Of a stretch of 51,034 bases of DNA, positions 1 to 9,072 are shown piece after piece. The notes under the pieces are model-generated. The model was not told where the DNA came from. It made no database searches and was given only the letters and a program-made list of their open reading frames with translations. The DNA is from Candidatus Methylomirabilales bacterium (GTDB taxonomy: Bacteria > Methylomirabilota > Methylomirabilia > Methylomirabilales > 2-02-FULL-66-22): contig JBHGAX010000020.1 in the NCBI GenBank assembly GCA_041946635.1, positions 1 to 51,034 on the forward strand, given 5' to 3'. The translations under genes were made by a program, and so were the position numbers. How positions within the stretch are numbered: position 1 is the stretch's first letter; every line of letters starts with the position of its first letter.

Positions 1-42
1 CGAGGTCCGAGGTGCGGGGTCCGAGGTGCGAGGTGCGGGGTC
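1..42. repeat. Heptanucleotide tandem array, six units CGRGGTS (cgaggtc cgaggtg cggggtc, twice), cut by window edge
   Basis: Read directly; strict 7-nt period over 1-42, just 3' of the rlmI-like stop (76-78, minus strand). A 3-unit relative is at 45694-45714. Confidence 0.9.
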
Positions 43-75
43 CGGTCCTGCAGCCCCTGCCCCGACGCTTCGTGA

Positions 76-2166
76 CTACTCCACCGCCTCCAGCACCGCG
101 CACTTCAGGTACTGGGTCTCGCGCGCGGCCAGCAGGATGGGGTGGTCGGGGGCCTGCGTGCGGAAGTCCAGGAGCCGGAAGCCGCGGTGCGCGTCCGCGC
201 CGGCGTCCCGCAGCATCTCCACGAAGGTGGGCGCGTCCACGTGGTACGAGCAGGAGCAGGTGACCAGGATGCCGCCGGGGGGGAGCAGCTTCATGGCGCG
301 CAGGTTGATCTCCTTGTAGCCCCGGAGGGCGCCGGGCACCGCGGCCTTGTTCTTCGTGAACGCCGGCGGGTCGAGGACGATCAGGCCGAACCGCCGCCCC
401 TCGTGGTCGAAGCGGCGCAGCTCGTCGAAGGCGTTGCCCGCCTGGAGGCGCACGCGCTCGGCCACGCCGTTCGCGTCGGCCGACCGCCGCGCCCATGCGA
501 GTGCTTGCTCGGACACGTCGATGCCGAGGACCGAGGTCGCGCCGCCCACGGCCGCGTGGACGGCGAACCCGCCCGAGTAGCAGAAGCAGTCCAGCACCTC
601 CCGGCCCGCCGCCAGCGAGTGCACCACCTGCCGGTTGTCGCGCTGGTCCAGGAAGAATCCGGTCTTCTGGCCCTCCGCCACCTCCACGAAGAAGCGCGCC
701 GCGCCCTCCCGGATCCAGACGCCGGTCTCGCCCTCGCCCGCGACGAAGCCCTTCCGCAGGTCGAGCGCCTCGAACCGGCGCACCGGCGCGTCCGACCGCT
801 CGTAGATGGCGCGCGGGCGCACGAGGTCGCCCAGCAGCTCGAACAGCTCGCCCCGCAGCCGCTCCATGCCGGCGGTGAGGATCTGGACCGCCAGGACGTC
901 GGCGTAGCGATCCACGATGAGGCCGGGCAGGCCGTCGCCCTCGCCGAAGACCAGCCGGGACGCCGTCTCGCCGCTCGTGCTGCGCCCCAGGCGGCCGAGC
1001 GCGGCGCGCAGGCGGCGCTCCAGGAAGCCGCGGTCCACCGGCTCCTCCGCCCCGGTGAGCATCCGGCCCGAGATCTGCGACTGCATGTTCACCGTGGCCT
1101 GGCCCAGGAACCGCCCGCGGCTGTCGTACACGGCCGCGACGGTCCCCGGCTCGGCCACGTCCTCGGCCTGCGCGATCTCGCTCTGGTAGATCCAGGGATG
1201 CCCGGCCAGCAGGCGCACCTCCCGGCCGGGGCCCAGGGCGATGTGCGGGCCCTCGCGCAGGCGGCGCTCGGCGGTCGGGGCGTGCGGCTCGGTGGGCGCG
1301 GCGGCCGCCGCGGGCGGCGGCGCCGCCCGGGTCGACGCGCGCCGGGCGGGCGGGCGGGGCGGCTCGGGAGCCCGGCCGGCCGCCTCGGCCTGGCTGTCCG
1401 CAGGTCGGGGCGGCTCCGCGCGCCGGCGCCTCGGCGGGCGGGGCGCCGTCGGTGCGGGCCGTGCCTCCTCCCCCGGGCGCTTTCCGGCCGCGCCGGGCGG
1501 CGGCTGGGTCGGCTGCTCCTCCGCCGGCCCGCCTGCCTGGCGCTGCCGGTAGCGCTCCGCGATCTCCCGGCGCCGCTCCTCCTCGAAGCCCGGCCCGCGC
1601 GCGGGTCCCGGGCGGCCCGCCCGGCGGTCCTGCGGCTCGAAGCCACGCGGGCGCGGGCGTGCCCGATCCAGGCGTCCAGCTCCGCCCTCGGCCCGATCCC
1701 GGTACCCCTGCCGGCCCGGGGCGCGCGGACGTTCCCGGGCATCCTCGCGGCCCGCCGTTCGCGGCTCGCGGCGCGGTCTGTCCCGGTCGCCCTCGCGGCT
1801 CGCGGCGCGGTCCTCCGCCCGCCATCGCTCCCGGCCGCTCTCCCCCGCCGCACGCTGCCGGTAGGGCGGGCGGCCCTCGCGCCCGCGACCCCTCGGCGCT
1901 CCTTCACCGCGGGGCGGCCGCTCCTCCTCCCTGAACGGCCGGCGCCCCTGCTCGCCAAAACGGCCGGGCGGACGCCCGGCGCCCGGGCCGCCCTCGCGCG
2001 GCCAGCGGCCTCCCCCGCGTTCGGGCTCCGGGAACCGCGGCCCCGCCCCCCGGGGCTCGGGCCGGCGCGGCGGCCGGTCTCCGGAACGGAAGCCGCCCGG
2101 GCGATTGCCGGGGCGCGGATTGCGTCCCCCGGATCGGTCCCTGGGTCCAGGCCTGGGCTTTTTCAC
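76..2166 (-). CDS. rlmI: RlmI-like 23S rRNA m5C methyltransferase (PUA + class I SAM MTase) carrying a ~300-aa N-terminal Arg/Gly/Pro/Glu-rich extension
   Basis: C-terminal ~395 aa has GHPWIYQSEI, VLDCFCYSGGF and LIVLDPPAFTKNK. There is no in-frame stop up to 2322. The only start candidates are ATG 2181 or GTG 2166, the latter 4 nt after AGGAG. GC3 stays very high through the extension. Confidence 0.8.
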   Translation of the reverse strand: MKKPRPGPRDRSGGRNPRPGNRPGGFRSGDRPPRRPEPRGAGPRFPEPERGGGRWPREGGPGAGRPPGRFGEQGRRPFREEERPPRGEGAPRGRGREGRPPYRQRAAGESGRERWRAEDRAASREGDRDRPRREPRTAGREDARERPRAPGRQGYRDRAEGGAGRLDRARPRPRGFEPQDRRAGRPGPARGPGFEEERRREIAERYRQRQAGGPAEEQPTQPPPGAAGKRPGEEARPAPTAPRPPRRRRAEPPRPADSQAEAAGRAPEPPRPPARRASTRAAPPPAAAAAPTEPHAPTAERRLREGPHIALGPGREVRLLAGHPWIYQSEIAQAEDVAEPGTVAAVYDSRGRFLGQATVNMQSQISGRMLTGAEEPVDRGFLERRLRAALGRLGRSTSGETASRLVFGEGDGLPGLIVDRYADVLAVQILTAGMERLRGELFELLGDLVRPRAIYERSDAPVRRFEALDLRKGFVAGEGETGVWIREGAARFFVEVAEGQKTGFFLDQRDNRQVVHSLAAGREVLDCFCYSGGFAVHAAVGGATSVLGIDVSEQALAWARRSADANGVAERVRLQAGNAFDELRRFDHEGRRFGLIVLDPPAFTKNKAAVPGALRGYKEINLRAMKLLPPGGILVTCSCSYHVDAPTFVEMLRDAGADAHRGFRLLDFRTQAPDHPILLAARETQYLKCAVLEAVE

Positions 2167-2362
2167 GGTACTCCTCTGCATCTGCCGCGCATGTGGCCAG
2201 CGCGACGCTCGGGCGGTTGCCGGGAGGACGCCATCCCGGTAGGGCCTTCGATATGGCGGAGACAGGCTCAACGCACGCGGGCAGAGATGCCGGGCGGTAT
2301 GAATGCCGCCCCGATACGGCAACTTCGCTAGGTCGGTAGGGCGCGATCCGTCGCGCCCGCTC

Positions 2363-3478
2363 CTATCCCGCCGCCTTGGTCCACGGCACGTAGGGCAGGC
2401 GGTGGGCCAGGGCCACGGGCTGGTTCGTGACGTGGCCCCGGATCACGTTCAGCCCCTTGGCGATCTGCGGGTTGTCGCGCGCGGCCTGGAGCCACCCCTT
2501 GTCGGCGAGCTGGAGCACGTAGGGGGTGGTGACGTTGGTGAGGCCGAAGGTGGCGGTCCGCGCGTAGGCGCCGGGCATGTTGGCCACGCAGTAGTGGACC
2601 ACACCGTCCACCACGTACGTGGGCTCGCTGTGCGTGGTGGGGCGGGTCGTCTCGGTGCAGCCGCCCTGGTCCACGGCGACGTCCACGATCACGGCGCCCG
2701 GCCGCATCAGCTTGAGCATGTCGCGGGTCACCAGCTTGGGCGCCTTGGCGCCGGGGATCAGGACCGCCCCGATCAGCACGTCGGCTCGGCGGAGGCACTC
2801 CTCCAGGCTCATCCGGTTGGACATGAGCGTGGTGACGTTCTCGGGCAGGGCGGCGTCCAGCTCCCGCATGCGGACGGGGTTCACGTCGAGGAGGTAGACC
2901 CACGCGCCCATGCCCGCGGCGACCCGGGCCGCGTTGTAGCCCACGATGCCCCCGCCCAGGATGACCACCGTGGCGGGCGGCACCCCGGGCACGCCGCCCA
3001 GCAGCACGCCCCGCCCACCCAGGGGCTTGGCGAGGTACATGGCCGCCACGTGCACCGCCATGCGCCCGGCCACCTCGCTCATCGGCTCGAGGAGCGGGAG
3101 CCGGCCGTCCGCCGTCTCGACCGTCTCGTAGGCGATGCCGACGATCTTGCGCGCGAGCAGCGCCTCGGTGAGCCGCCTGTCGGCCGCCAGGTGCAGGTAG
3201 GTGAACAGGACCTGGTCCGGGCGGAGCAGCCGGTACTCGGCGGGCAGCGGCTCCTTCACCTTGAGGATCAGGTCCGCCTCCCGGTAGACCTGCCGGGCCG
3301 TGCCCGCGATCTTGGCGCCGGCGGCTTCGTAGGCCTGATCCCGGATGCCGGAGCCGAGGCCGGCCCCCTTCTGCACGAGCACCGTGTGGCCGCGCGCGAC
3401 CAGCGGCTGCACGGAGGCCGGGATGGCCGCCACCCGGTTCTCGTTGTCCTTGATCTCCTTCGGCACGCCGATGACCAT
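2363..3478 (-). CDS. ald: Alanine dehydrogenase
   Basis: 371 aa; [18 protein letters not shown]-terminus, [18 protein letters not shown] Rossmann motif, VANMPGAY. Confidence 0.95.
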   Translation of the reverse strand: MVIGVPKEIKDNENRVAAIPASVQPLVARGHTVLVQKGAGLGSGIRDQAYEAAGAKIAGTARQVYREADLILKVKEPLPAEYRLLRPDQVLFTYLHLAADRRLTEALLARKIVGIAYETVETADGRLPLLEPMSEVAGRMAVHVAAMYLAKPLGGRGVLLGGVPGVPPATVVILGGGIVGYNAARVAAGMGAWVYLLDVNPVRMRELDAALPENVTTLMSNRMSLEECLRRADVLIGAVLIPGAKAPKLVTRDMLKLMRPGAVIVDVAVDQGGCTETTRPTTHSEPTYVVDGVVHYCVANMPGAYARTATFGLTNVTTPYVLQLADKGWLQAARDNPQIAKGLNVIRGHVTNQPVALAHRLPYVPWTKAAG

Positions 3479-3570
3479 GACTGCCCCCTGGGCACTGCGG
3501 CAACGTGGCGATTAGGCAACCGGGAAAAGGACCAGGGCCGGTCACGCGGATGGGCGGTGTTCACCGGCCG

Positions 3571-4401
3571 TCACCGGCCCCAGTCGCGGGCGTAGCGGAA
3601 GTCGCGGTCGATGGTGCGCGCGGAGATCTTCGCAATGACGGGCAGCCGGCGCTTGTACTGCGAGCCCTGCACGCGCCGGTACACCGCGCGGACGAACCGC
3701 TCATCGACGCCGGCCTCGCCCACCAGGTCCGCGGCATCGTACCGCTCGTCCACCATGAGGTAGAGGAGCTTGTCCACCTCCGCGTAGGTGAACCCCAGCT
3801 CCGCCTCGTCGGTCTGCCCCGCCCACAGGTCGGCGCTCGGGTCCTTCTGCACGATCACGTCCGGCACGCCGAGGTGCCGGGCCAGTTGCCACACCTGGGT
3901 CTTGTACAGGTCGCCCAGCGGGTTGATGGCGGAGGCCATGTCCCCGTACTGCGTCCCGTAGCCGAGGAGCAGCTCGGTCTTGTTGCTCGTACCGAGCACC
4001 AGGGCGCCGAGCCGCGCCGAGTGGTCGTAGAGGATGGTCATGCGCTCGCGCGCCATCTTGTTGCCGCGCCGCACCGCGTCCGCGTCGGGGAACATGCTGA
4101 AGTAGGCGTCGACCATCGGCGTGATGTCGACCTGGAGGTGCGGGATGCCGAGCGCCTGGACCACCAGGCGGGCGTGCGCGGCGCTCTCCGGGCTCGAGGT
4201 GCGGTAGGGCATGATGATGGCCGTGACGTTCTGGGCGCCCAGCGCCTCCGCCGCGAGGTACGCGGCCAGCGAGGAGTCCACGCCGCCCGAGAGGCCGAGC
4301 ACCACGCGCTCGAAGCCGGCCTTGCGAACCTCGTTCTCCAGGAAGCCGGTGAGGATCTTCCGGACCGACTCGCACTCCAGGTGCAGGTTGGCGCGGGTCA
4401 C
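3571..4401 (-). CDS. nadE: NAD+ synthetase, stand-alone synthetase (PP-loop) subunit
   Basis: [11 protein letters not shown]-loop. GTG start at 4401 overlaps the upstream stop as GTGA (4398-4401). The longer 413-aa track ORF is an out-of-frame overlap with the upstream gene. Confidence 0.9.
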   Translation of the reverse strand: MTRANLHLECESVRKILTGFLENEVRKAGFERVVLGLSGGVDSSLAAYLAAEALGAQNVTAIIMPYRTSSPESAAHARLVVQALGIPHLQVDITPMVDAYFSMFPDADAVRRGNKMARERMTILYDHSARLGALVLGTSNKTELLLGYGTQYGDMASAINPLGDLYKTQVWQLARHLGVPDVIVQKDPSADLWAGQTDEAELGFTYAEVDKLLYLMVDERYDAADLVGEAGVDERFVRAVYRRVQGSQYKRRLPVIAKISARTIDRDFRYARDWGR

Positions 4402-5261
4402 GAGACGTCCTCCGTCCGGGTCTGCAGCAGCCGGTGCAGCTCGCGGTAGGTGAGGGCCAGCCGCTCGTCCCGGAGAAGGGGATTCGCGATGCGCGCGCGC
4501 CGCAGGCTCCCCGGCTGGAGCTCGGCGTCGGCCAGCTCCTCCTCCAGGTAGCGCGCCTTCGCCAGCACCTGCCCCGCCGGGCCAATGACCTGCGACCCGC
4601 CCCAGAAGCAGGCGCCGTCCTCGTACCCCACGCGGTTCACGTACACGACGAAGCAGGTGTAGAGGTCCGCGTAGGCCTGGACGATGCGCTCCCACGTCCG
4701 GGCGTTCTGGAACGGCTCGCCCTGGCCCGGCCCGCGCCCGGGGCTGGCCGACGGGCACACCAGGATCTCGGCGCCGTCCCAGGCGGCGATTCCCGGGATG
4801 GCCGGGTGCCACATGTCCTCGCAGATCAGGATGGCCATGCGGCCCAGCGCGGTGTCGAACGCCCGCACGCGGCTGCCGGCCCCGAGGTAGCGCGACTCGT
4901 CGAAGATGCCGTAGGTCGGCAGGTAGACCTTGCGGTGGACGTGCCGGACCTCGCCGCCCTCCAGGTAGGCGGCGGCGTTGTGAAAGCGGTGCCCCTCGCC
5001 CTCCTCCACGAAGCCCACCACCATGGCCACCCGCCGGCTCAGCTCCTTCAGGCCGGCGAGTGCCGGCGCGTCCTGGGCGAGGGCCACGCTGGGCACCTGG
5101 TCCTTCAGGAAGTAGCCGGTCAGGCTCAGCTCCGGGAACACCAGGAGGTTGACGGACCGGGAGATGGCCTCCCGCGCCACCTTCTCGTGCAGCGCGCAGT
5201 TCCGCTCGAGATCTCCCAGGGTGGGCGCGATCTGCGCCAGGGCCACGCGAGTGCGCCGCAT
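4398..5261 (-). CDS. Carbon-nitrogen hydrolase (nitrilase superfamily), likely glutaminase partner of NadE
   Basis: Glu-Lys-Cys triad contexts [30 protein letters not shown] 5261 follows GGAGGGAGG. Translationally coupled to nadE. Confidence 0.85.
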   Translation of the reverse strand: MRRTRVALAQIAPTLGDLERNCALHEKVAREAISRSVNLLVFPELSLTGYFLKDQVPSVALAQDAPALAGLKELSRRVAMVVGFVEEGEGHRFHNAAAYLEGGEVRHVHRKVYLPTYGIFDESRYLGAGSRVRAFDTALGRMAILICEDMWHPAIPGIAAWDGAEILVCPSASPGRGPGQGEPFQNARTWERIVQAYADLYTCFVVYVNRVGYEDGACFWGGSQVIGPAGQVLAKARYLEEELADAELQPGSLRRARIANPLLRDERLALTYRELHRLLQTRTEDVS

Positions 5262-5437
5262 GCCTCCCTCCGTTGCCGGCATCCTACTACAGGATGCCCG
5301 CTCGCTCAAATGCGCACCGCCTCCGTCGTGCAGGTAAAAAGTGCGGCGGGCGGGCAGGTCTTACCCTGCCCGGTGGACCGGCGCGGGCACCCCCCGCCGG
5401 GAGCCGCTCCAGGGGCGGCGATGCTGCGGAGCCGGCA

Positions 5438-5452
5438 TGGCACATGGCTTGC
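5438..5452 (+). promoter_or_regulatory. Sigma54-type promoter, TGGCAC-N5-TTGC exact match
   Basis: tggcac atggc ttgc read at 5438-5452, 60 nt upstream of the ATG at 5512 and in the correct orientation. About 0.1 chance matches expected per window at this composition. Confidence 0.5.
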
Positions 5453-5511
5453 CACCGCGTGGCGGAAGCTGTGCCAGCTCAGCGCGTCACCCCCAACCGC
5501 GCGGAGGGAAC

Positions 5512-5880
5512 ATGCCGGAGAAGAAGGCAGTCCAGCGAGCGCAGGCGGCCAAGCGCAAGGGCAAGGCCGCGTCCACCCAGGCCGGTGAGTTCGTGCGCGA
5601 GGAGATGGAGCACTACAAGGAGGGCAAGCACGGCAGCCGCGTGAAGTCCCGGAAGCAGGCCGTGGCCGTCGCCCTGTCGAAGGCCCGCCGCGCCGGCGCG
5701 GCGCTGAAGCCGCCGGCGAAGGGCAAGACCTCGGCCGCCACGCGCGAGAAGGCCAAGCGGGACGTGGCGAAGGGCCGGGCGGCTCGGGCCGCGTCCGGCA
5801 CGACGGGCAGGACGGCAGCGGCGAAGCGCGGCACCCGCTCCTCCTCCGCCAAGAAGAGCACGGGCACCCGCGGCCGCTAG
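5512..5880 (+). CDS. Small Lys/Arg/Ala-rich protein, DUF6496-like (QAGEFVREEMEHYKEGKHG core)
   Basis: 122 aa; ATG 5512 preceded by GGAGGGAA. The conserved-looking N-terminal core resembles small proteins I recall as DUF6496. The tail is low-complexity basic. Confidence 0.7.
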   Translation: MPEKKAVQRAQAAKRKGKAASTQAGEFVREEMEHYKEGKHGSRVKSRKQAVAVALSKARRAGAALKPPAKGKTSAATREKAKRDVAKGRAARAASGTTGRTAAAKRGTRSSSAKKSTGTRGR

Positions 5881-8303
5881 CAGAGCTCCGCGGGATCCAC
5901 GTCCAGGTCCAGGCGCACCCCGGCGGCGGCGGGGGTAGCCTGGAAGCGCGCCGCCGCCTCGCGCACCCTGGCGTGCAGGCGGCGCACGTCCTGCCCCCGG
6001 ACCAGGACGTGCCAGCGGTAGCGGCTGCGCACCCGGTAGAGGGCGGCGGGCGCGGGGCCCATCAGCTCGGCGGCCCGGATGCCCGCGGCCTGGAGCTGCG
6101 CCGCCAGCTCGCGCGCGGCGCGCTCCGCCGCGGACTCGCCGGCGCTGCTCAGCACCGCGAGCACGGCCCGGGAGAACGGCGGGAGGCGCTGCTCCCGCCG
6201 GAGCGGCGCCTCGGCCGCCCAGAGCGTGTCGTAGTCCTGGCCGCGCACCGCCTGCAGGATGTAGTGGTCGGGGTTGAAGGTCTGGATGAGCGCGAGGCCC
6301 GAGCGCTCCCCTCGCCCGGCGCGCCCCACCACCTGGGTGAGCAGCGCGAACGCCCGCTCGCCCGCCCGGAAGTCCGGCAGGTGCAGGGCCATGTCCGCCG
6401 AGACCACGCCGACCAGGGTGAGGTTCGGCACGTCGTGCCCCTTCCCCGTCATCTGCGTCCCGACCAGCACGTCGACCTCGCCGCGCGCCAGCGCGCCCAG
6501 CACCCGCTCCGCCTCGCGCCAGGAGCGCACGCTGTCCCGGTCCATGCGCGCCACCCGCGCCGCGGGGAACTGCGCCTGCACGGCCGCCTCGATCTGCTGC
6601 GTCCCGAAGCCCAGGTAGCGCAGGCGGCTGCCCTGGCAGGTGGGGCAGCGCTCGGGCGGCCGCCGCTCGAAGTCGCAGGTGTGGCAGCGCAGGCGCCCGC
6701 GGCCCGCGTGGAGGGTGAGCGAGACGCTGCAGTGCGGGCAGCCGGCCGTGGCCCCGCACTCCTGGCACAGGAGCAGGGTCGAGAAGCCCCGCCGGTTGAG
6801 GAAGAGCAGCGACTGCTCGCCCTTGGCCAGGCGATCCGCCAGCGCCGCCGCCAGCGGCGGCGAGAGGAGCCGCTCGCCCCCCTGGATGCGCCGGAGATCC
6901 ACGATCTCGACCTGGGGCAGCGCGCGCGACTCGATGCGGCGGCGGAGCCGCAGCAGCCGATAGCGGCCGGCCTGGGCCCGCTCGTAGCTCTCCAGGGACG
7001 GGGTGGCGGAGCCGAGGATCACCGGCGCCTCCAGCAGCTTGGCCCGCATCACGGCCACGTCCCGGGCGTGGTAGCGCGGCGTCTCGTCCTGCTTGTAGGA
7101 GGGGTCGTGCTCCTCGTCCACCACGACGATCCCCAGGCGCGGGAGCGGCGCGAAGACCGCCGAGCGCGCGCCCACCACGATGTCCGCCTTGCCGGCCCGG
7201 ATGCGGCGCCAGGCGTCGAACCGCTCGCCGCCCGTCAGGCCGCTGTGCAGGACGGCCACGCGGGTGCCGAACCGGGCCAGGAAGCGCTGCACGGTCAGGG
7301 GCGTGAGCGCGATCTCGGGCACGAGGACCAGCGCCTGACGCCCCAGGGCCAGCGCCGCCTGGATGGCCTGGAGGTACACCTCCGTCTTGCCGGATCCCGT
7401 CACGCCGTGGAGCAGCGCGGGGAAGAACCGTTTCTCGGTCAGCGCGGCCGCGATCTGCGAGACGGCGTCGGCCTGCTCCGCGGTGAGCGCGAGAGGCTGA
7501 TCCGCCTGGACGTCCCGCGTCGCAAAGGGATCCCGCATGACCTCAACCGTCGCCAGCTCCACCAGCCCCTTCTTGACCAGGACGGCGAGCGCCTGGGCGC
7601 TGCCCGCCGCAATGGCCTCGGCTTTGGGGACGCCGGACGGGGCCTGCGCCAGGGCCTGCAGGATCGCCCGCTGCTTGGCCGCGCGCGCGGGCACCGGAGC
7701 GGTCTCGGGCGTGACGCCGGAGGCCAGCCGGCAGTGCGGAACGGCGAGCGGGCGGACGCGCGGTGCCTGCAGCTCGGCGTCCATCTCCACGAGCCCGCGC
7801 CGCAGCAGGCCCTGCAGCAGCCGCCGCGCCTCCGGCCGGCGCCGGAGCAGGCGGCCCACCGGCAGGCTGCCGGTCTGTCGGAGCGCCTGCAGGACGTCCG
7901 CCTCCCCGGGGCGCAGCAGGGCGCCGGCGTTCTCCATGGAGGCGCCCGCAGCGGTCAGCCTGGCGATCTGCCGGGTGAAGCTGTCGATGCCGGGCGGCAG
8001 GGCCGTGCGGATGACCTCCCCCCAGGGCGCCAGGTAGTAGTCGGCCGCCCACCGGGTGAGCCGCAGCAGGTGGGAATCCAGGAGGGGCTCGGGGTCGAGG
8101 ATCTCCCGCAGCGCCTTGAGGTCCGCCACCGGGGGATGCGGGCGCGACTGCACCAGGTAGCCCGTCACCGTGCGCCGGCCGAGCGGCGCCAGCACGCGGA
8201 CGCCGGGGACGGCCAGCCCGGCCCAGTCGGGGGGCACGAGGTACGTCAGGACCGCCTCGAATCCGGGGAAGACGACGTCGACGTAGGGCTCTGTGCAGGG
8301 CAT
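5877..8303 (-). CDS. priA: Primosomal protein N' (replication restart helicase PriA)
   Basis: 808 aa; Walker A GVTGSGKTEVY, DEEHD, Cys-rich zinc region CQECG..CPHC..CHTC..CPTC. Confidence 0.95.
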   Translation of the reverse strand: MPCTEPYVDVVFPGFEAVLTYLVPPDWAGLAVPGVRVLAPLGRRTVTGYLVQSRPHPPVADLKALREILDPEPLLDSHLLRLTRWAADYYLAPWGEVIRTALPPGIDSFTRQIARLTAAGASMENAGALLRPGEADVLQALRQTGSLPVGRLLRRRPEARRLLQGLLRRGLVEMDAELQAPRVRPLAVPHCRLASGVTPETAPVPARAAKQRAILQALAQAPSGVPKAEAIAAGSAQALAVLVKKGLVELATVEVMRDPFATRDVQADQPLALTAEQADAVSQIAAALTEKRFFPALLHGVTGSGKTEVYLQAIQAALALGRQALVLVPEIALTPLTVQRFLARFGTRVAVLHSGLTGGERFDAWRRIRAGKADIVVGARSAVFAPLPRLGIVVVDEEHDPSYKQDETPRYHARDVAVMRAKLLEAPVILGSATPSLESYERAQAGRYRLLRLRRRIESRALPQVEIVDLRRIQGGERLLSPPLAAALADRLAKGEQSLLFLNRRGFSTLLLCQECGATAGCPHCSVSLTLHAGRGRLRCHTCDFERRPPERCPTCQGSRLRYLGFGTQQIEAAVQAQFPAARVARMDRDSVRSWREAERVLGALARGEVDVLVGTQMTGKGHDVPNLTLVGVVSADMALHLPDFRAGERAFALLTQVVGRAGRGERSGLALIQTFNPDHYILQAVRGQDYDTLWAAEAPLRREQRLPPFSRAVLAVLSSAGESAAERAARELAAQLQAAGIRAAELMGPAPAALYRVRSRYRWHVLVRGQDVRRLHARVREAAARFQATPAAAGVRLDLDVDPAELC

Positions 8304-8337
8304 GGGATAGGTCTGGCTGCGGGACAGCGCTCAGCTA

Positions 8338-9036
8338 TCAGCGATCGGGGACCGGGCGGCCCATGGCTCGCAGGAGCAGCTTCATGTCCTCCCACACCGT
8401 CTTCTTCTCGGCGGGGTTCCGGAGCAGATACGCGGGGTGGAACGTCGGCAAGAGCGGGATGCCGTGATAGTCGTGAAACCGGCCCCGCAGCTTGGTGATG
8501 CCCTCCTTGGTCTGCAGCAGCGTCTGCGCGGCCGGGCCGCCCAGCGCGCAGATGAACTTCGGGCCGATGGCGCGAAGCTGCTGCAGCAGGAACGGCGAAC
8601 AGGCCAGGACCTCGTCCGTCTCCGGCGTGCGGTTGTTGGGCGGGCGGCACTTGAGGATGTTGCAGATGTAGACCTCCTCGCGCTTCATCCCCATGGCCTC
8701 GATGATCCTGGTGAGGAGCTGCCCGGCGCGGCCCACGAACGGCTCGCCCTGCTCGTCCTCGTCGGCGCCCGGCGCCTCGCCCACGAAGACCAGCTCGGCG
8801 CGGGGACTCCCGACCCCGAAGACGATCTGCTTCCGGGTCGGGTGCAGCTTGCAGCGCGTGCACTCGCCCAGCTCGGCGCGGACCTCCTCCAGGCTGCGCC
8901 GGGCCGGCGGCGCGGGCACGACCCGCTCCGGCCACCGCGCGGTCACGCGGTCCACCCCCAGCTCGCGCAGCACCTCCAGGTTCCCCCGCACCTGCCCCAC
9001 CAGCTCCCGCAGCTCCTCCGACGGCTCATGGCTCAT
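8338..9036 (-). CDS. Uracil-DNA glycosylase, family 4
   Basis: 232 aa; [33 protein letters not shown] Fe-S cysteines. Confidence 0.9.
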   Translation of the reverse strand: MSHEPSEELRELVGQVRGNLEVLRELGVDRVTARWPERVVPAPPARRSLEEVRAELGECTRCKLHPTRKQIVFGVGSPRAELVFVGEAPGADEDEQGEPFVGRAGQLLTRIIEAMGMKREEVYICNILKCRPPNNRTPETDEVLACSPFLLQQLRAIGPKFICALGGPAAQTLLQTKEGITKLRGRFHDYHGIPLLPTFHPAYLLRNPAEKKTVWEDMKLLLRAMGRPVPDR

Positions 9037-9046
9037 GAAAGGTTTC

Positions 9047-9070
9047 CTTGGCGCGCTTGGCGTCTTGGCG
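9047..9070. repeat. Three tandem CTTGGCG-containing units (period 8-9 nt)
   Basis: cttggcgcg cttggcgt cttggcgg in the 36-nt spacer between the coaBC stop and the UDG start. Confidence 0.8.
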
Positions 9071-9072
9071 GT

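Noticed and set aside
1-42. CRISPR array at the window edge
   Set aside because: The period is only 7 nt with no spacers and no cas genes. It is a micro-satellite-like tandem repeat.
142-2331. 729-aa plus-strand ORF covering the whole rlmI-like locus
   Set aside because: It is the antisense shadow of a recognisable minus-strand gene. Its translation is Arg/Ala/Pro/Gly low-complexity with no motifs, as expected where stops are rare at about 75% GC.
3571-4812. 413-aa reading of nadE suggesting a longer or fused protein
   Set aside because: The upstream 137 codons lie out of frame over the 3' end of the CN-hydrolase gene and are Gly/Arg/Pro junk. The GTG at 4401 with a GTGA overlap gives a normal-length NadE.
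5877-5880. Convergent genes sharing overlapping stop codons (CTAG)
   Set aside because: It is real but trivial: a palindromic TAG/CTA overlap of the small basic protein and priA, with no evident functional implication.
5973-8498. 841-aa plus-strand ORF opposite priA, and similar giants at 8437-10464, 12556-14583, 22610-25735, 40001-41623 and 45815-47860
   Set aside because: Each is antisense to or out of frame with a gene that has clear family motifs. Their composition is typical of high-GC shadow ORFs, with no RBS and no recognisable domain.
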